Source: Gemmatimonadota bacterium (lineage in GTDB: Bacteria; Gemmatimonadota; Gemmatimonadetes; Palauibacterales; Palauibacteraceae). Taken from it: a DNA stretch of 64,000 bases. A program made the position numbers and the translations under genes. This document shows, piece after piece, positions 21,771 through 34,028 of the stretch. The notes beneath the pieces are model-generated. The model was not told the DNA's origin. It did not search any database and worked only from the letters and a program-made list of their open reading frames with translations. The stretch covers positions 2,464,001-2,528,000 of the forward strand of contig OZ220691.1 in assembly GCA_965116475.1 (NCBI GenBank), given 5' to 3'. Numbering within the stretch: the stretch's first letter is position 1; each line of letters begins with the position of its first letter.

Positions 21771-22259
21771 TCACTCCGTCGAACCGGCTTCCGCGTGGGC
21801 TTTCAGCCCTCGGGCGACATCGTTGAAGCCGCGGCGCACGAACCCGCCGAAGAGCAGCATCACGAGCGGGATGAGGAGGCCGGAGAAATCGTCCGACGTC
21901 CGATACCGGCAGCGGCCCTCGCCGATGACTTCAAGACGCTGCTCCCGCAGGGCCGAGATCAGGAAACGGTGGCCCATCGTCGTGCTCCAGGCGATGAGGT
22001 GCGGCGGATCGACGGCCTCGATCCGTTCGACCTGCTTCAGCCTCCAGGGTCCCATTCTGACGTACAGTTTGACCGGCGAGCCGATCTCGAAATCCGTGGC
22101 GACCGAAGGCGTGAAAGGGTTCCATTCGCCGTAGCGCTCGAAGTCGGTGAGGATGTCCCACGCCCGTTCGATGGGCGCGTCGATTTCCACCGGTTCCGAG
22201 CGCACGTGTCCCTTGAACCAGGCGACGAACCAGGCGACGCCCCTCCGCTGTGATTTCAC
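21771..22259 (-). CDS. SRPBCC/START-fold (polyketide cyclase-like) ligand-binding protein
   Basis: IDAPIERAWDILTDFERYGEWNP, C-terminal helix ...GLKAHAE. Confidence 0.85.
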   Translation of the reverse strand: MKSQRRGVAWFVAWFKGHVRSEPVEIDAPIERAWDILTDFERYGEWNPFTPSVATDFEIGSPVKLYVRMGPWRLKQVERIEAVDPPHLIAWSTTMGHRFLISALREQRLEVIGEGRCRYRTSDDFSGLLIPLVMLLFGGFVRRGFNDVARGLKAHAEAGSTE

Positions 22260-23278
22260 TCCGCTTCACCCGTGGCGAACCCGCGCGCACCCTCCTCGCC
22301 GGTTCTCGGGTGTCGTGCCAGTAGCGCCTCGCTCTCCCGCCACAGGCGCGCGCCGGCGGCGGCGTTCATGGCCGGCGCGGACATCTCCTTCTCCCGCATC
22401 AGGTGCAGATAGACTCCGCTGCGCCGACCCATGTCCTCCGCGCAGCAGGCATGGGTCACGGGCGCCACCGCCCTGTGCGGCGCCGCGAAGAGCAGGCGTT
22501 TCGCCGGGTGGAGCAGGGGCTTCAGCCACCACGGCGCCTCCCGCATCAGGTCGGAGTCGACCGCTCCCGGGCACAGCGAGTTCACGGCGATCCGCACTTC
22601 TCCCCCCGGGTTCAGCCGGCGCGACAGCTCCTGCGCATAGGTGCACAGGTGCAGCTTGCTCAGCGCATAGTACTTCAGCCCGTCCTTCAGCCCGTAGTCG
22701 GCAAAGGCGCCGAAGTCGTCGAAGTCGATCAAATCGGCGGCTCGATGCGTTTCGGACACGATGAAGACGATTCTGGGGATCTCTCCATTGCGGTCGCCCG
22801 GCCGGACGATGCCGTCCGCCAGGAGTCGGTCGACGAGTACGCGGTTGGCCAGGAAATGAACCGCGAACATCAACTCGTAGCCCTGGGCCGACCTGCGTGC
22901 CTTCGCCGGCATCACGCCGGCGTTGAGGACGAGGACGTCCACCCTGCGGCGCTCGCGCCGGAGCCGGTCGCAGAGCGCGTGTACGGAGTCGAAGTCGGCG
23001 AGATCGACGCGAAGCATGTCGACCGTGTCGGAACCCGCGAGCCGCCTGACGTCTTCACCCGCTTCGGGATGTCCACCGCGGCAGGCCATGAGCACTTCGG
23101 CGCCGCGTTTCGCCAGGTCGACCGCCACGGCCCTCCCCAGCCCCCGGTTGGCCCCCGTGACCAGGCAGACCTTTCCGTCGAGGCGGACGCGCTCCGGGAC
23201 CGGGCTCAGCGTGGGGCGCTGGACGAAACGATCGACGACCCCGCTGGCGAAGGCCCTCAACTTCCGGTTGTACTTCAC
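22256..23278 (-). CDS. Short-chain dehydrogenase/reductase, retinol dehydrogenase-like
   Basis: TGANRGLG, VDLAD, LNAGVM, YALSK (YxxxK), CPGAVDS. Confidence 0.9.
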   Translation of the reverse strand: MKYNRKLRAFASGVVDRFVQRPTLSPVPERVRLDGKVCLVTGANRGLGRAVAVDLAKRGAEVLMACRGGHPEAGEDVRRLAGSDTVDMLRVDLADFDSVHALCDRLRRERRRVDVLVLNAGVMPAKARRSAQGYELMFAVHFLANRVLVDRLLADGIVRPGDRNGEIPRIVFIVSETHRAADLIDFDDFGAFADYGLKDGLKYYALSKLHLCTYAQELSRRLNPGGEVRIAVNSLCPGAVDSDLMREAPWWLKPLLHPAKRLLFAAPHRAVAPVTHACCAEDMGRRSGVYLHLMREKEMSAPAMNAAAGARLWRESEALLARHPRTGEEGARGFATGEAE

Positions 23279-24540
23279 GTGACGGCCTCGTCCGGGATCC
23301 GGTACTCGCGCCGGTAGGCGGCGGAGTATCCATCAATCGTCTCGTCGTCGAGACCGAAGCTGGCCGGCGAGTAGACGTGCCTCCCGTGGCCGTCCCCCCC
23401 GCTTCGTTCGGAGACGTTTCTCGCGGCGTCCGCGGCTTCCTCCGTGAAGTCGATCCCCGCGGCTCCGTAGATCCGGCGCAACTCGCCGAGCGGGTCCGCG
23501 ATCAGGTCGTAGAACGATACATCGATGAACACGCCGTCGTCGGCGCTTCGTCGCACGCCCATGGAGCGCGCCATCATCCGGCGGATCTTCCTCATCCAGT
23601 GCGCCCCGATCTCCCCCGGATCCACATCGTCGCTGAAGATGCCGCGCCCGTGCGCCACCATGCTGCAGAACGATGGCACCGACTTCTTCGGGTCGCGATG
23701 GGTCTGGATGATGCGCACGTCGGGAAAGACGTCGAGGATGACGTCCAAATACTCCATGTGATGCGGCGACTTCAGCACCCAGCGGTCGCCCGGCCGTTGC
23801 CAGTGCAGGATCTTCAGCATCGTGCGCAGGTACGCGTAGCACCTTGTGTGGTCCCGGGCTTCAAGCCAGCGTGAGTAGCTCGGCACGTGCATCGCCGCTT
23901 CCGGCGCCTGGCTCATGAAAGAGAGGTCGAGCAGCAGGACGTCCTCCTCCGGCGCATCCCAGGCCATGGGGTGGACGGCGCGGAAATCGGGCGCCAAAAA
24001 CCCGATCGCCCGCGCGGCGCGCTTCGCCTGCCGCATGCGCCGCCGCGGCGCCCCCGGCCCTTCGTCCTCGAGAGGCACGGGGCTGAGGACTTCCCACGCG
24101 CGCAGGGCGCGAATGCCCGGGTCCGCGGCAAGCAACCGGTGCAGCGTCGTCGTCGCGGTGCGCTGCAGGCCCGCGATGAGGAGGATTCGCCCAGGATCCA
24201 CGTCGAGAATCTCCGGGTGTTCCCCGAGCAACTTCTCCGCGCGCAGCCGGACCGCCAGGGCCGACACGATCCGTGCGCGCTGGATCGTCACGCCGAGTGG
24301 CGTCAGCCGAGCCTCCGTATTGATCGATTCGACGAGCATCTCGAGGGGTTCCAGGAACCACTCGTCGCCGAAGTCGGAGAGTCCCGTCCTTCGCCTCGCG
24401 GCGGCGATCATGCGGCCGACGTCGAGGGGGCCGCCGAGGGGAGCGCCGAGGCCGAGCCTCCGGGCCGCGCGCGCCGCCCGGTTGAAGAGGGAAACGGCCA
24501 GGGGGCGGTGCGGCCTGCGGTACTCCGTCGAGGTCCGCAT
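23275..24540 (-). CDS. Sulfotransferase family protein
   Basis: TGLSDFG, PAPS-loop-like IAGLQRTATTTLH, WVLKSPHH, THRDP, SFCSM; ATG 24540. Confidence 0.88.
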   Translation of the reverse strand: MRTSTEYRRPHRPLAVSLFNRAARAARRLGLGAPLGGPLDVGRMIAAARRRTGLSDFGDEWFLEPLEMLVESINTEARLTPLGVTIQRARIVSALAVRLRAEKLLGEHPEILDVDPGRILLIAGLQRTATTTLHRLLAADPGIRALRAWEVLSPVPLEDEGPGAPRRRMRQAKRAARAIGFLAPDFRAVHPMAWDAPEEDVLLLDLSFMSQAPEAAMHVPSYSRWLEARDHTRCYAYLRTMLKILHWQRPGDRWVLKSPHHMEYLDVILDVFPDVRIIQTHRDPKKSVPSFCSMVAHGRGIFSDDVDPGEIGAHWMRKIRRMMARSMGVRRSADDGVFIDVSFYDLIADPLGELRRIYGAAGIDFTEEAADAARNVSERSGGDGHGRHVYSPASFGLDDETIDGYSAAYRREYRIPDEAVT

Positions 24541-24560
24541 CGGGCGGTCGTCCGCCTCGC

Positions 24561-25757
24561 CTACGCCTCGCGGAGTCCGCGCAGTTCCGAGAGCTTCACG
24601 AGCCGCGTTCGCGGCTGCGGATGCTCCTTCGCCCTCACCCAGCGAAAACACATCGTCCCCGACGTGTGACCCGCCGTCTCCAGCCAGTTCGGGAGCCCGG
24701 GATCCTCATGCGCGACGACAAGGCAGATGGAACCATCTTCTTGATGGTGCGCGAGGTGCTTGTTCGTGTGGATGGTGTGATAGCGGTAGTCCAGCGACTC
24801 CATCCAGTAGTTGTTCAGTTGAAAGTTCCAGTGCTCGCACTCGGGCGGCATCGCTTCGATGAGGAGCGCTTCGTCGTCGGCTATGGCCCAGTGGCTGTGG
24901 TAGTAGACGATGTTCGGGTCGCCGCCCGCCTGAAGCGACACGTCCGGATCGAACATGGGCAGCGTGTTCGAGTGTCTCCGGAAGCCCCGCGCCCAGTTCG
25001 CGAACAGCATGGCCGCGCCCGCCACCAGTGTGCCGGCGGACTTCAGTCCCTCGTCGAGCTGCTCCGGCGTGAGCGGGCGGGGTTGCCTCTCGTCCTCGGC
25101 GCACCCGATGCGCTCGATGTGAAGTTCGGCCGGCGTCTCGGACTCCCGGTCCAGGAAGGTCTGGCGCACGATCAGCGTGCGGCTCTCGGCCGTCATCGGC
25201 AGCCAGTTCCCGTCGCGGCGCCGACTGCTGACGATGAGTTCGAAGGTCCCGTCCTCGCCGATCTCGATCTCGCCGGCCTCGACATGGCCGGTGGGGGGCA
25301 GCCCCCCGCTCTGCCCGTAGTGGCCGGCCTGCGTGCCGAAGCTCAGGTAGGTCACGGTGTTGCGCCGCCCGGAGATCCGGTACTCCAGGTCGCCGTGAAT
25401 CGCGGCCGTCTGATAGTAGTTGTCGGGGTTGTCGCTCCCCAGCTTCACCGTCTCGTGGGCCACGCGGTGCAGCACGGGCGCCCGCGGGTCGGCGTGTTCC
25501 ACGAAGGCCATGAGTCCCCCGCGGGCCAGACGGCTCAGATACCGATATCCCTCCGCCTGGTTGAACGGATCGCGGGGCGCGCCGGGGAAGGTCAGCGCGG
25601 CCCCTGCCGCCTTCAGCGTGTCACAGAATTCGTCCCACGCCTTGCCGCTGACGACGCGTTGCGCGGCGGCATCCCCCGGCGTCCGGCGCCGCAGCGTCTG
25701 CGCCGCGAGCGACAGGCGCCGAAAGAGCCCGAGCAGTCCGATGACGAACGTTCTCAT
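24561..25757 (-). CDS. DUF1214-type protein (usual partner of this sulfotransferase type)
   Basis: AWDEFCDTLK, AEGYRYL, DNPDNYY, WNFQLNNYWMESLDYR, DPGLPNWLETAGH..G.MCFRW; ATG 25757 with GAGG RBS. Confidence 0.78.
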   Translation of the reverse strand: MRTFVIGLLGLFRRLSLAAQTLRRRTPGDAAAQRVVSGKAWDEFCDTLKAAGAALTFPGAPRDPFNQAEGYRYLSRLARGGLMAFVEHADPRAPVLHRVAHETVKLGSDNPDNYYQTAAIHGDLEYRISGRRNTVTYLSFGTQAGHYGQSGGLPPTGHVEAGEIEIGEDGTFELIVSSRRRDGNWLPMTAESRTLIVRQTFLDRESETPAELHIERIGCAEDERQPRPLTPEQLDEGLKSAGTLVAGAAMLFANWARGFRRHSNTLPMFDPDVSLQAGGDPNIVYYHSHWAIADDEALLIEAMPPECEHWNFQLNNYWMESLDYRYHTIHTNKHLAHHQEDGSICLVVAHEDPGLPNWLETAGHTSGTMCFRWVRAKEHPQPRTRLVKLSELRGLREA

Positions 25758-25824
25758 CGCGTCTCCCCTCCGCCCGTCCCGCGGCCTCGATATCCGTCGT
25801 GCGCCGGGCGACGAGTCGGATCGG

Positions 25825-26445
25825 CTAGCCGGTCTCCGCTTCGGCGAGGAGGGCGGCGACGCTCTCCCGCAGGGTATCGACGCCGGCGCCGGTGCGCGCG
25901 GACGTCTCGACGAGCTGATCCGCATCGAGTTCGAGCGCTGCGCGCAGCTTGACCATCGCCCGCCGACGCCCGGACCGGTTCAGCTTGTCCGTCTTCGTGA
26001 GCGCGAACAGCGTCGGCGTCCCCGTCGATCCCAGGAACTCGACCATCCGCTCGTCGTCGTCCGTGAGTCCGCGGCGTGCGTCCACGAGCAGCACGAGCCC
26101 GAGTAGCTTCGGCGTCCGGCGCAGATATCCGTCGATCAGCCGGCCCCACTTCTCCCGCACGGTCTTCGGCGCCTTCGCGAACCCGTATCCGGGAAGATCG
26201 ACGAGCATATAGCGGTCGTCGACCAGGAAGAAGTTGATCTCGCGCGTGCGCCCGGGCTGCTTCGAGGTGCGGGCGAGGCTCTTCCGCCCCACCAGCCGGT
26301 TGAGCAACGAGGACTTGCCGACGTTCGAGCGCCCGGCGATGGCGATCTGAGGGAGGTCGCGCGGCGGTTTCTGGCCGGCCGCGCCGACCGCGCCGACGAA
26401 CTCGACGGTCCTGACCCACGCGACGCCCCCGTCCGCCGCCGGCAC
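25825..26445 (-). CDS. engB: Ribosome biogenesis GTPase EngB/YihA/YsxC
   Basis: GRSNVGKSS, PGRTR, DLPGYG, TKTDK; directly downstream of clpX. Confidence 0.95.
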   Translation of the reverse strand: MPAADGGVAWVRTVEFVGAVGAAGQKPPRDLPQIAIAGRSNVGKSSLLNRLVGRKSLARTSKQPGRTREINFFLVDDRYMLVDLPGYGFAKAPKTVREKWGRLIDGYLRRTPKLLGLVLLVDARRGLTDDDERMVEFLGSTGTPTLFALTKTDKLNRSGRRRAMVKLRAALELDADQLVETSARTGAGVDTLRESVAALLAEAETG

Positions 26446-26449
26446 GGGG

Positions 26450-27697
<1,248 letters not shown>

Positions 27698-27733
27698 CGT
27701 CGCCTCCCCTCGGTCCCTCGGGTTTGCCCGGCG

Positions 27734-28369
27734 CTACTTTGTTACGGCAGGGCCGGGTCGGCCGTTCTTGCCGTCGACCTCCGCCTCGCGCGCGACCACC
27801 AGGTCGATGAGCCCGTAGTCCCGCGCTTCCTCCGGGGACATGAAGCGGTCGCGGTCGACATCCTCCGCGATCCGATCGAGGTCCTGCCCGGTGTGTTCGG
27901 CGAGAATCCCGTTCAGCCGCTCGCGGGCGTTCAGGATTTCCTTCGCCTGGATCTCGATGTCCGCCGCCGTCCCGTAGGAGCCGCCGGAAGGCTGGTGGAT
28001 CATGATCCGCGCGTTCGGCAGCGAGCGCCGCCTGCCGGGCGTGCCGGCGGCGAGCAGGAACGCTCCCATCGACGCAGCCATCCCCATGCACATCGTCGCC
28101 ACCGGGGCGTTCAGGAACTGCATCGTGTCGTAGATCGCGAGACCCGCCTGGACGCTTCCCCCCGGCGAGTTGATGTAGATGTTGATCTCGCGCTCCGGGT
28201 TGTCCGCCTCCAGGAAGAGCAACTGGGCGATCACCACGTTCGCCACATCGTCGTTGATTGGAGCCCCGAGGAAGACGATCCGGTCCATGAGGAGACGCGA
28301 GAAGATGTCGTACGTGCGTTCCCCGCGGCTCGACCGTTCGATGACGTACGGTGCAAATATCGTGCTCAA
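27734..28369 (-). CDS. clpP: ATP-dependent Clp protease proteolytic subunit
   Basis: [35 protein letters not shown] start. Confidence 0.97.
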   Translation of the reverse strand: MSTIFAPYVIERSSRGERTYDIFSRLLMDRIVFLGAPINDDVANVVIAQLLFLEADNPEREINIYINSPGGSVQAGLAIYDTMQFLNAPVATMCMGMAASMGAFLLAAGTPGRRRSLPNARIMIHQPSGGSYGTAADIEIQAKEILNARERLNGILAEHTGQDLDRIAEDVDRDRFMSPEEARDYGLIDLVVAREAEVDGKNGRPGPAVTK

Positions 28370-28399
28370 ATCAGTCCCTCACGTAGTTTGCGAAGCCCA

Positions 28400-29668
28400 T
28401 CAGCTCACGTCCGAGCCGTCGATCAGAAACCGGAACGCCTTGTCGATGGCAAAACGGCGGCGGAGCGGGTCGAGCTGCTTCTCCCTTGCGAGCTCCCGGC
28501 GTACCTCCACCAGGCTCTTGCCCCGCGCCTTCCCCAGTTCCGACAGGCGCTCGTCGAATTCCTCGCTCGACAGATCGAGCCCCTGGTCCTCGATGAGTCG
28601 CTCGAGCACCAGATCCCGCTTGATCTGACGCTCCACCTGAGGGGCCACGGACTTGCGGGCCTCCTCGACCTGCTCGGGATCCGCTCCCTCGGGGGCGTCG
28701 ATCACCCGGTCAAGATAACGCGACGTGAGACTCGGCGGCACCTCGAAGGCGTTGGCTTCGATCACCGCGTCGAGGAGTCGTTCTCCGACCTCCTCGTCCG
28801 CCTGACGTTCACCCCGCGCCTGGAGTTCCTTTCCCACCGCTTCGCGAAGTTCTCCCAGCGTCCCGAAACTCCCGATCTCGCTCGCGAACTCGTCCGTAAG
28901 GTCCGGCAGCTCGCTGGCACGGACGTCGTCGAGGCGGATCTGCAGCGACCGGGTGGTTCCCGCGAGTTCCTCGGCCCCGAAGTCATCCGGGTAGGAGACG
29001 GTGAACGTGCCTTCCTCGCCGGGCGCCAGCGCGAGGATCGCGTTTTCGACATCCGGAATCGCGTAGCCCGCGCCCAACTCGAACCGATACGGTTTCTCCG
29101 CGCCGTCATCTCCGTCGTGTTCCCTGATCGCCACGGCGACGACGTCGCCGTTCCGCGGCGCCCGGTCCACGGGCTGGAGCACCGCGTTTTCCTTCCGGAT
29201 GTTCTCGATGACCTCGTCGACGTCCGCATCCTCGACCGCCACCTCGCGCCGCTTGATCCGGAACCCTCCGGTCCGCGCAAGCTCGATGGCCGGCATCACT
29301 TCCACGTCGATGCGGAACGAGAGCCGCTCCCCCGGCTGGTAATCGAGTTCGCTGACCACGGGTTCCCCGATCGTGGAGAGGTCGTGCCGCTGCACGGCGT
29401 CCCGAAACGCCCGGTTGACGAGCGCATCGACCGTCCGTTCGTCGATGAGGGGACCGTAGCGTTCCTCGACGATCCGCACCGGGACCTTCCCCTTCCGGAA
29501 TCCCTTGATGCGGGTCGTCTTCCGGATCCTGGCGGCTTCCCGGCGACGCGTTGCCGCCACCTGCGCGGGGTCCACGGACACGTCGAGGCGGCGCAGGTAA
29601 TCGTTCTCCTGCTTGATCGCGACGTCGAACGGATCCGTCGCGGCGGCTTGTGAGTCGGCTGCGCTCAA
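28400..29668 (-). CDS. tig: Trigger factor
   Basis: GFRKGKVP ribosome-binding motif, FKBP-like middle region, LPDLTDEFA; TTG 29668 with GGGAG RBS. Confidence 0.93.
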   Translation of the reverse strand: MSAADSQAAATDPFDVAIKQENDYLRRLDVSVDPAQVAATRRREAARIRKTTRIKGFRKGKVPVRIVEERYGPLIDERTVDALVNRAFRDAVQRHDLSTIGEPVVSELDYQPGERLSFRIDVEVMPAIELARTGGFRIKRREVAVEDADVDEVIENIRKENAVLQPVDRAPRNGDVVAVAIREHDGDDGAEKPYRFELGAGYAIPDVENAILALAPGEEGTFTVSYPDDFGAEELAGTTRSLQIRLDDVRASELPDLTDEFASEIGSFGTLGELREAVGKELQARGERQADEEVGERLLDAVIEANAFEVPPSLTSRYLDRVIDAPEGADPEQVEEARKSVAPQVERQIKRDLVLERLIEDQGLDLSSEEFDERLSELGKARGKSLVEVRRELAREKQLDPLRRRFAIDKAFRFLIDGSDVS

Positions 29669-29727
29669 GGTCGGTATGGCTCCCGCTCGTGTCTGCACAC
29701 GATTTACGGCACGAAGTGCGAAAGGAG

Positions 29728-29810
29728 TGCGAAAGGGGGGACTCGAACCCCCACGGCCAAGGGCCACCAGCTCCTAAGGCTGGCGCGTCTGCCAATTCCG
29801 CCACTTTCGC
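29728..29810 (-). tRNA. tRNA-Leu (anticodon TAG)
   Basis: Minus strand GCGAAAG TGGCGGAATTGGCAGACGCG CCAGC CT TAG GA GCTGG, long variable arm, GGGGGTTCGAGTCCCCC CTTTCGC A; CCA not encoded. Confidence 0.96.
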
Positions 29811-29912
29811 GCGACTCCGCCAGGTCGAACGCGGCGCCGGATTGGCCGGGAATCTCGGCACCGGCTGGAACGGGGGCAAGCAGGAACCCCCGCTCCGCCG
29901 GCGTCCCGCGGA

Positions 29913-31556
29913 TCAGCGTTCCGGGATCACGACGCTCCGGAACACGTTCTGCCACCCCCCATCGCGCGTGCGAAAGCTGAACTGGAGGCTGACGGCATCG
30001 CCGGACTCGAATCCGGAGATGATGCGCTCGTAGTCGCCCGCCGTGCGGACCTCCTCGCCGTTGATGTCGACGATCAGCGCGCCCTCGGGAGCGATGCCTG
30101 CCCGACCTACCGCGCCCCGCGAATCGGCATCGACGACGACGACGCCCGTGAACCCGGGGTCGATCCCGTAGCGCGCATGTTCGCGCGCTGGCAGACCCGC
30201 GTCGTCCCGGACCTCGAGACCGAGGACGTCACCCGTCGGTTCGGGCATCTCGGGACGTGACGCGACCTGGGGAGGGGAGTCGTCCTCCGCCGAGATGAGA
30301 CGGACCTGCGCCCGGTCGCGCTCCAGCGTGGCGCGGCGCACGACATCCAGTTCCACCGTCTCCCCCGGCTCGAAGGCGCGGATCCGCCGCTGCAGTTCCG
30401 ACACGCCGGAGACGGGTTGCCCCGCCACGCCGACGATGACATCTCCGCCTTCCAGTCCGGCCAGCCGCGCGGGGCTGTCGTCGAAGGAGAAAGTCTGGAT
30501 TTTCGCCCCCCCGACCCGATCGAGTCCGTAGAACGCGGCGTCCGCTGCGTCGACATCGGTGATCGACACGCCGATCAGCGCCCGCCGGACCTCTCCGAAC
30601 TCGATCAGGTCGTCCACGACTTCACGCGCCAGTTCGATGGGGACCGCGAAGCCGTACCCCTGGTAGTTTCCGGTTGTCGAGAGGATCGCGGTGTTGATCC
30701 CGATCACCTCCCCGGCGGCATTCACGAGCGGCCCCCCCGAGTTGCCCCGGTTGATGACCGCGTCCGTCTGGATGAAGTCCTCGATCGCGAGGGGCGAGCG
30801 GTTCTGAAGGATGCGGATGTTGCGTCCCTTGGCGGAGACGATCCCCGCCGTGACGGACGACAACAGCGGCCCCGACCCCGACACGGTGCGGAAACCGGGA
30901 CTCCCGATCGCGAGTACCCACTCACCGACCGCTGTCGCGTCACTGGAGCCGATCGGCAGGACGGCAACGTCGTCCGCCTCGAGCCTGAGCAGCGCGACGT
31001 CGGTCTGCGGATCGCGTCCGACGAGTTCCACGTCTTCGAGCACCCGCCCGTCGTGGAGTTCGATGTCGATGCGCTCGGCGCCCGCGACGACGTGGTTGTT
31101 CGTCACCACGTAACCGTCCTCGGAGACGATGAACCCGGATCCGCTCCACGAATCCCTTCGCGTCGGCGGGTCGGCCCCGGGCGACTCATCCTCGGCGGAG
31201 GGTTCGTCCCCGGCGGGCGGTTCGAAGCCGGGCGGAAACTCGAAGCCGGGCGGGAATTCAAAGCCCGGGGGCGGCTCGAACCCGGGCGGGAACCGACCCT
31301 CGGTCACCTCCCGTTCCGCCGTCAGGTAGATCGTTACGACGGCGGGAGCCACGCGCTCCGTCACATCGGCGAAGCCGTTCTCCATCGTCATCCCGGCGCC
31401 CGAGGGGGCGCCGACTACCCACCCCGCATCCCGGTCCGTGTCCGCCGCGATCGAAAACGGCGTCAGATCCAGAACCGACGCCAGTCCCACCCCGAACGCG
31501 AACGCGATCGCCGTGGCGATCAGCAGATTCAGTCGAGTACGCAACGATTCGCTCAT
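29913..31556 (-). CDS. HtrA/DegP-family serine protease with two PDZ domains
   Basis: N-terminal TM/signal, GSGFIVS, TNNHVV, TDVALL, IQTDAVINRGNSGGPL. Confidence 0.93.
   Translation of the reverse strand: MSESLRTRLNLLIATAIAFAFGVGLASVLDLTPFSIAADTDRDAGWVVGAPSGAGMTMENGFADVTERVAPAVVTIYLTAEREVTEGRFPPGFEPPPGFEFPPGFEFPPGFEPPAGDEPSAEDESPGADPPTRRDSWSGSGFIVSEDGYVVTNNHVVAGAERIDIELHDGRVLEDVELVGRDPQTDVALLRLEADDVAVLPIGSSDATAVGEWVLAIGSPGFRTVSGSGPLLSSVTAGIVSAKGRNIRILQNRSPLAIEDFIQTDAVINRGNSGGPLVNAAGEVIGINTAILSTTGNYQGYGFAVPIELAREVVDDLIEFGEVRRALIGVSITDVDAADAAFYGLDRVGGAKIQTFSFDDSPARLAGLEGGDVIVGVAGQPVSGVSELQRRIRAFEPGETVELDVVRRATLERDRAQVRLISAEDDSPPQVASRPEMPEPTGDVLGLEVRDDAGLPAREHARYGIDPGFTGVVVVDADSRGAVGRAGIAPEGALIVDINGEEVRTAGDYERIISGFESGDAVSLQFSFRTRDGGWQNVFRSVVIPER
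31200..31290 (-). repeat. 18-bp coding tandem repeat (PPGFE[F/P] x4 plus degenerate copies) inside the HtrA gene
   Basis: Translation FPPGFEPPPGFEFPPGFEFPPGFEPPAGDEP. Confidence 0.9.
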
Positions 31557-31701
31557 CTCTCTATCTCCTCATCCGGCCGCGACTCCACGCCCGCAGCACG
31601 AATATAGCAAACGAAACCGGCGTTCCTCCAACTCACGCTCCAATGACGGTGACCGGACCGGGTCCGTCACCCCCGAACGCCGAACCATGGGATGAACGGC
31701 A

Positions 31702-31742
31702 CGCGACCCGGGGTTGCCCGCAGGCCGGGCTCCCGGGTCGCG
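31702..31742 (-). terminator. GC-rich hairpin downstream of dnaK (possible terminator or mRNA stabiliser)
   Basis: Inverted repeat CGCGACCCGGG ... CCCGGGTCGCG; no clear U-tract. Confidence 0.45.
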
Positions 31743-31766
31743 CGGTGAGGCGTCGCCGGCGGGGGG

Positions 31767-33725
<1,959 letters not shown>

Positions 33726-33838
33726 TGGTTTTCCTTGGCTTGTGCTTGTCCGCTGTTTCTGCTGGTTCCGTCCCAGGTCGAATCTCACGGGGTTGGCGCC
33801 TTCCTTCCGGCGCGCGCGCCGCGAACGAAGTAACACGT

Positions 33839-33854
33839 TGCAATCGGCGTGCCG
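33839..33854 (-). promoter_or_regulatory. Candidate sigma-54 (-24/-12) promoter for dnaK
   Basis: Minus strand cGGCACGccgaTTGCA against consensus TGGCACG-N4-TTGCW, with exact GG-N10-GC spacing, about 115 nt upstream of the dnaK ATG. Confidence 0.72.
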
Positions 33855-33884
33855 CGCCGCGGACCGCCTGAGCGCCACCTTTTC

Positions 33885-33939
33885 CGACAAAATGGCACCT
33901 GGGGAGGGCCGCGCTCGGGCAGGGAGTGCCAGAGTGGCA
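33885..33939. promoter_or_regulatory. Two candidate enhancer-binding-protein sites
   Basis: CGACAaaaTGGCA (33885-33897) and palindrome TGCCAgagTGGCA (33927-33939), 42 bp apart, upstream of the -24 element. Confidence 0.5.
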
Positions 33940-34028
33940 TGAAACGGGGCAGGGTTGTGGCGCGGAAGACGGGACGGGGTATGTTCCCCGGGCTCCCGTC
34001 GCCCAGAACCCTCAGCCGGACTGCGCCG

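Noticed and set aside
29668..29767. N-terminal extensions from the ORF track (tig, dnaK, hslV, hslU, atpF, thiD, mltG)
   Set aside because: They overlap the tRNA or neighbouring genes; downstream starts with RBS or coupled overlaps match family N-termini
33908..33932. CIRCE element upstream of dnaK
   Set aside because: Only one arm (CTGGCACTC, minus strand) matches; the second arm is poor and spaced 7 rather than 9 nt
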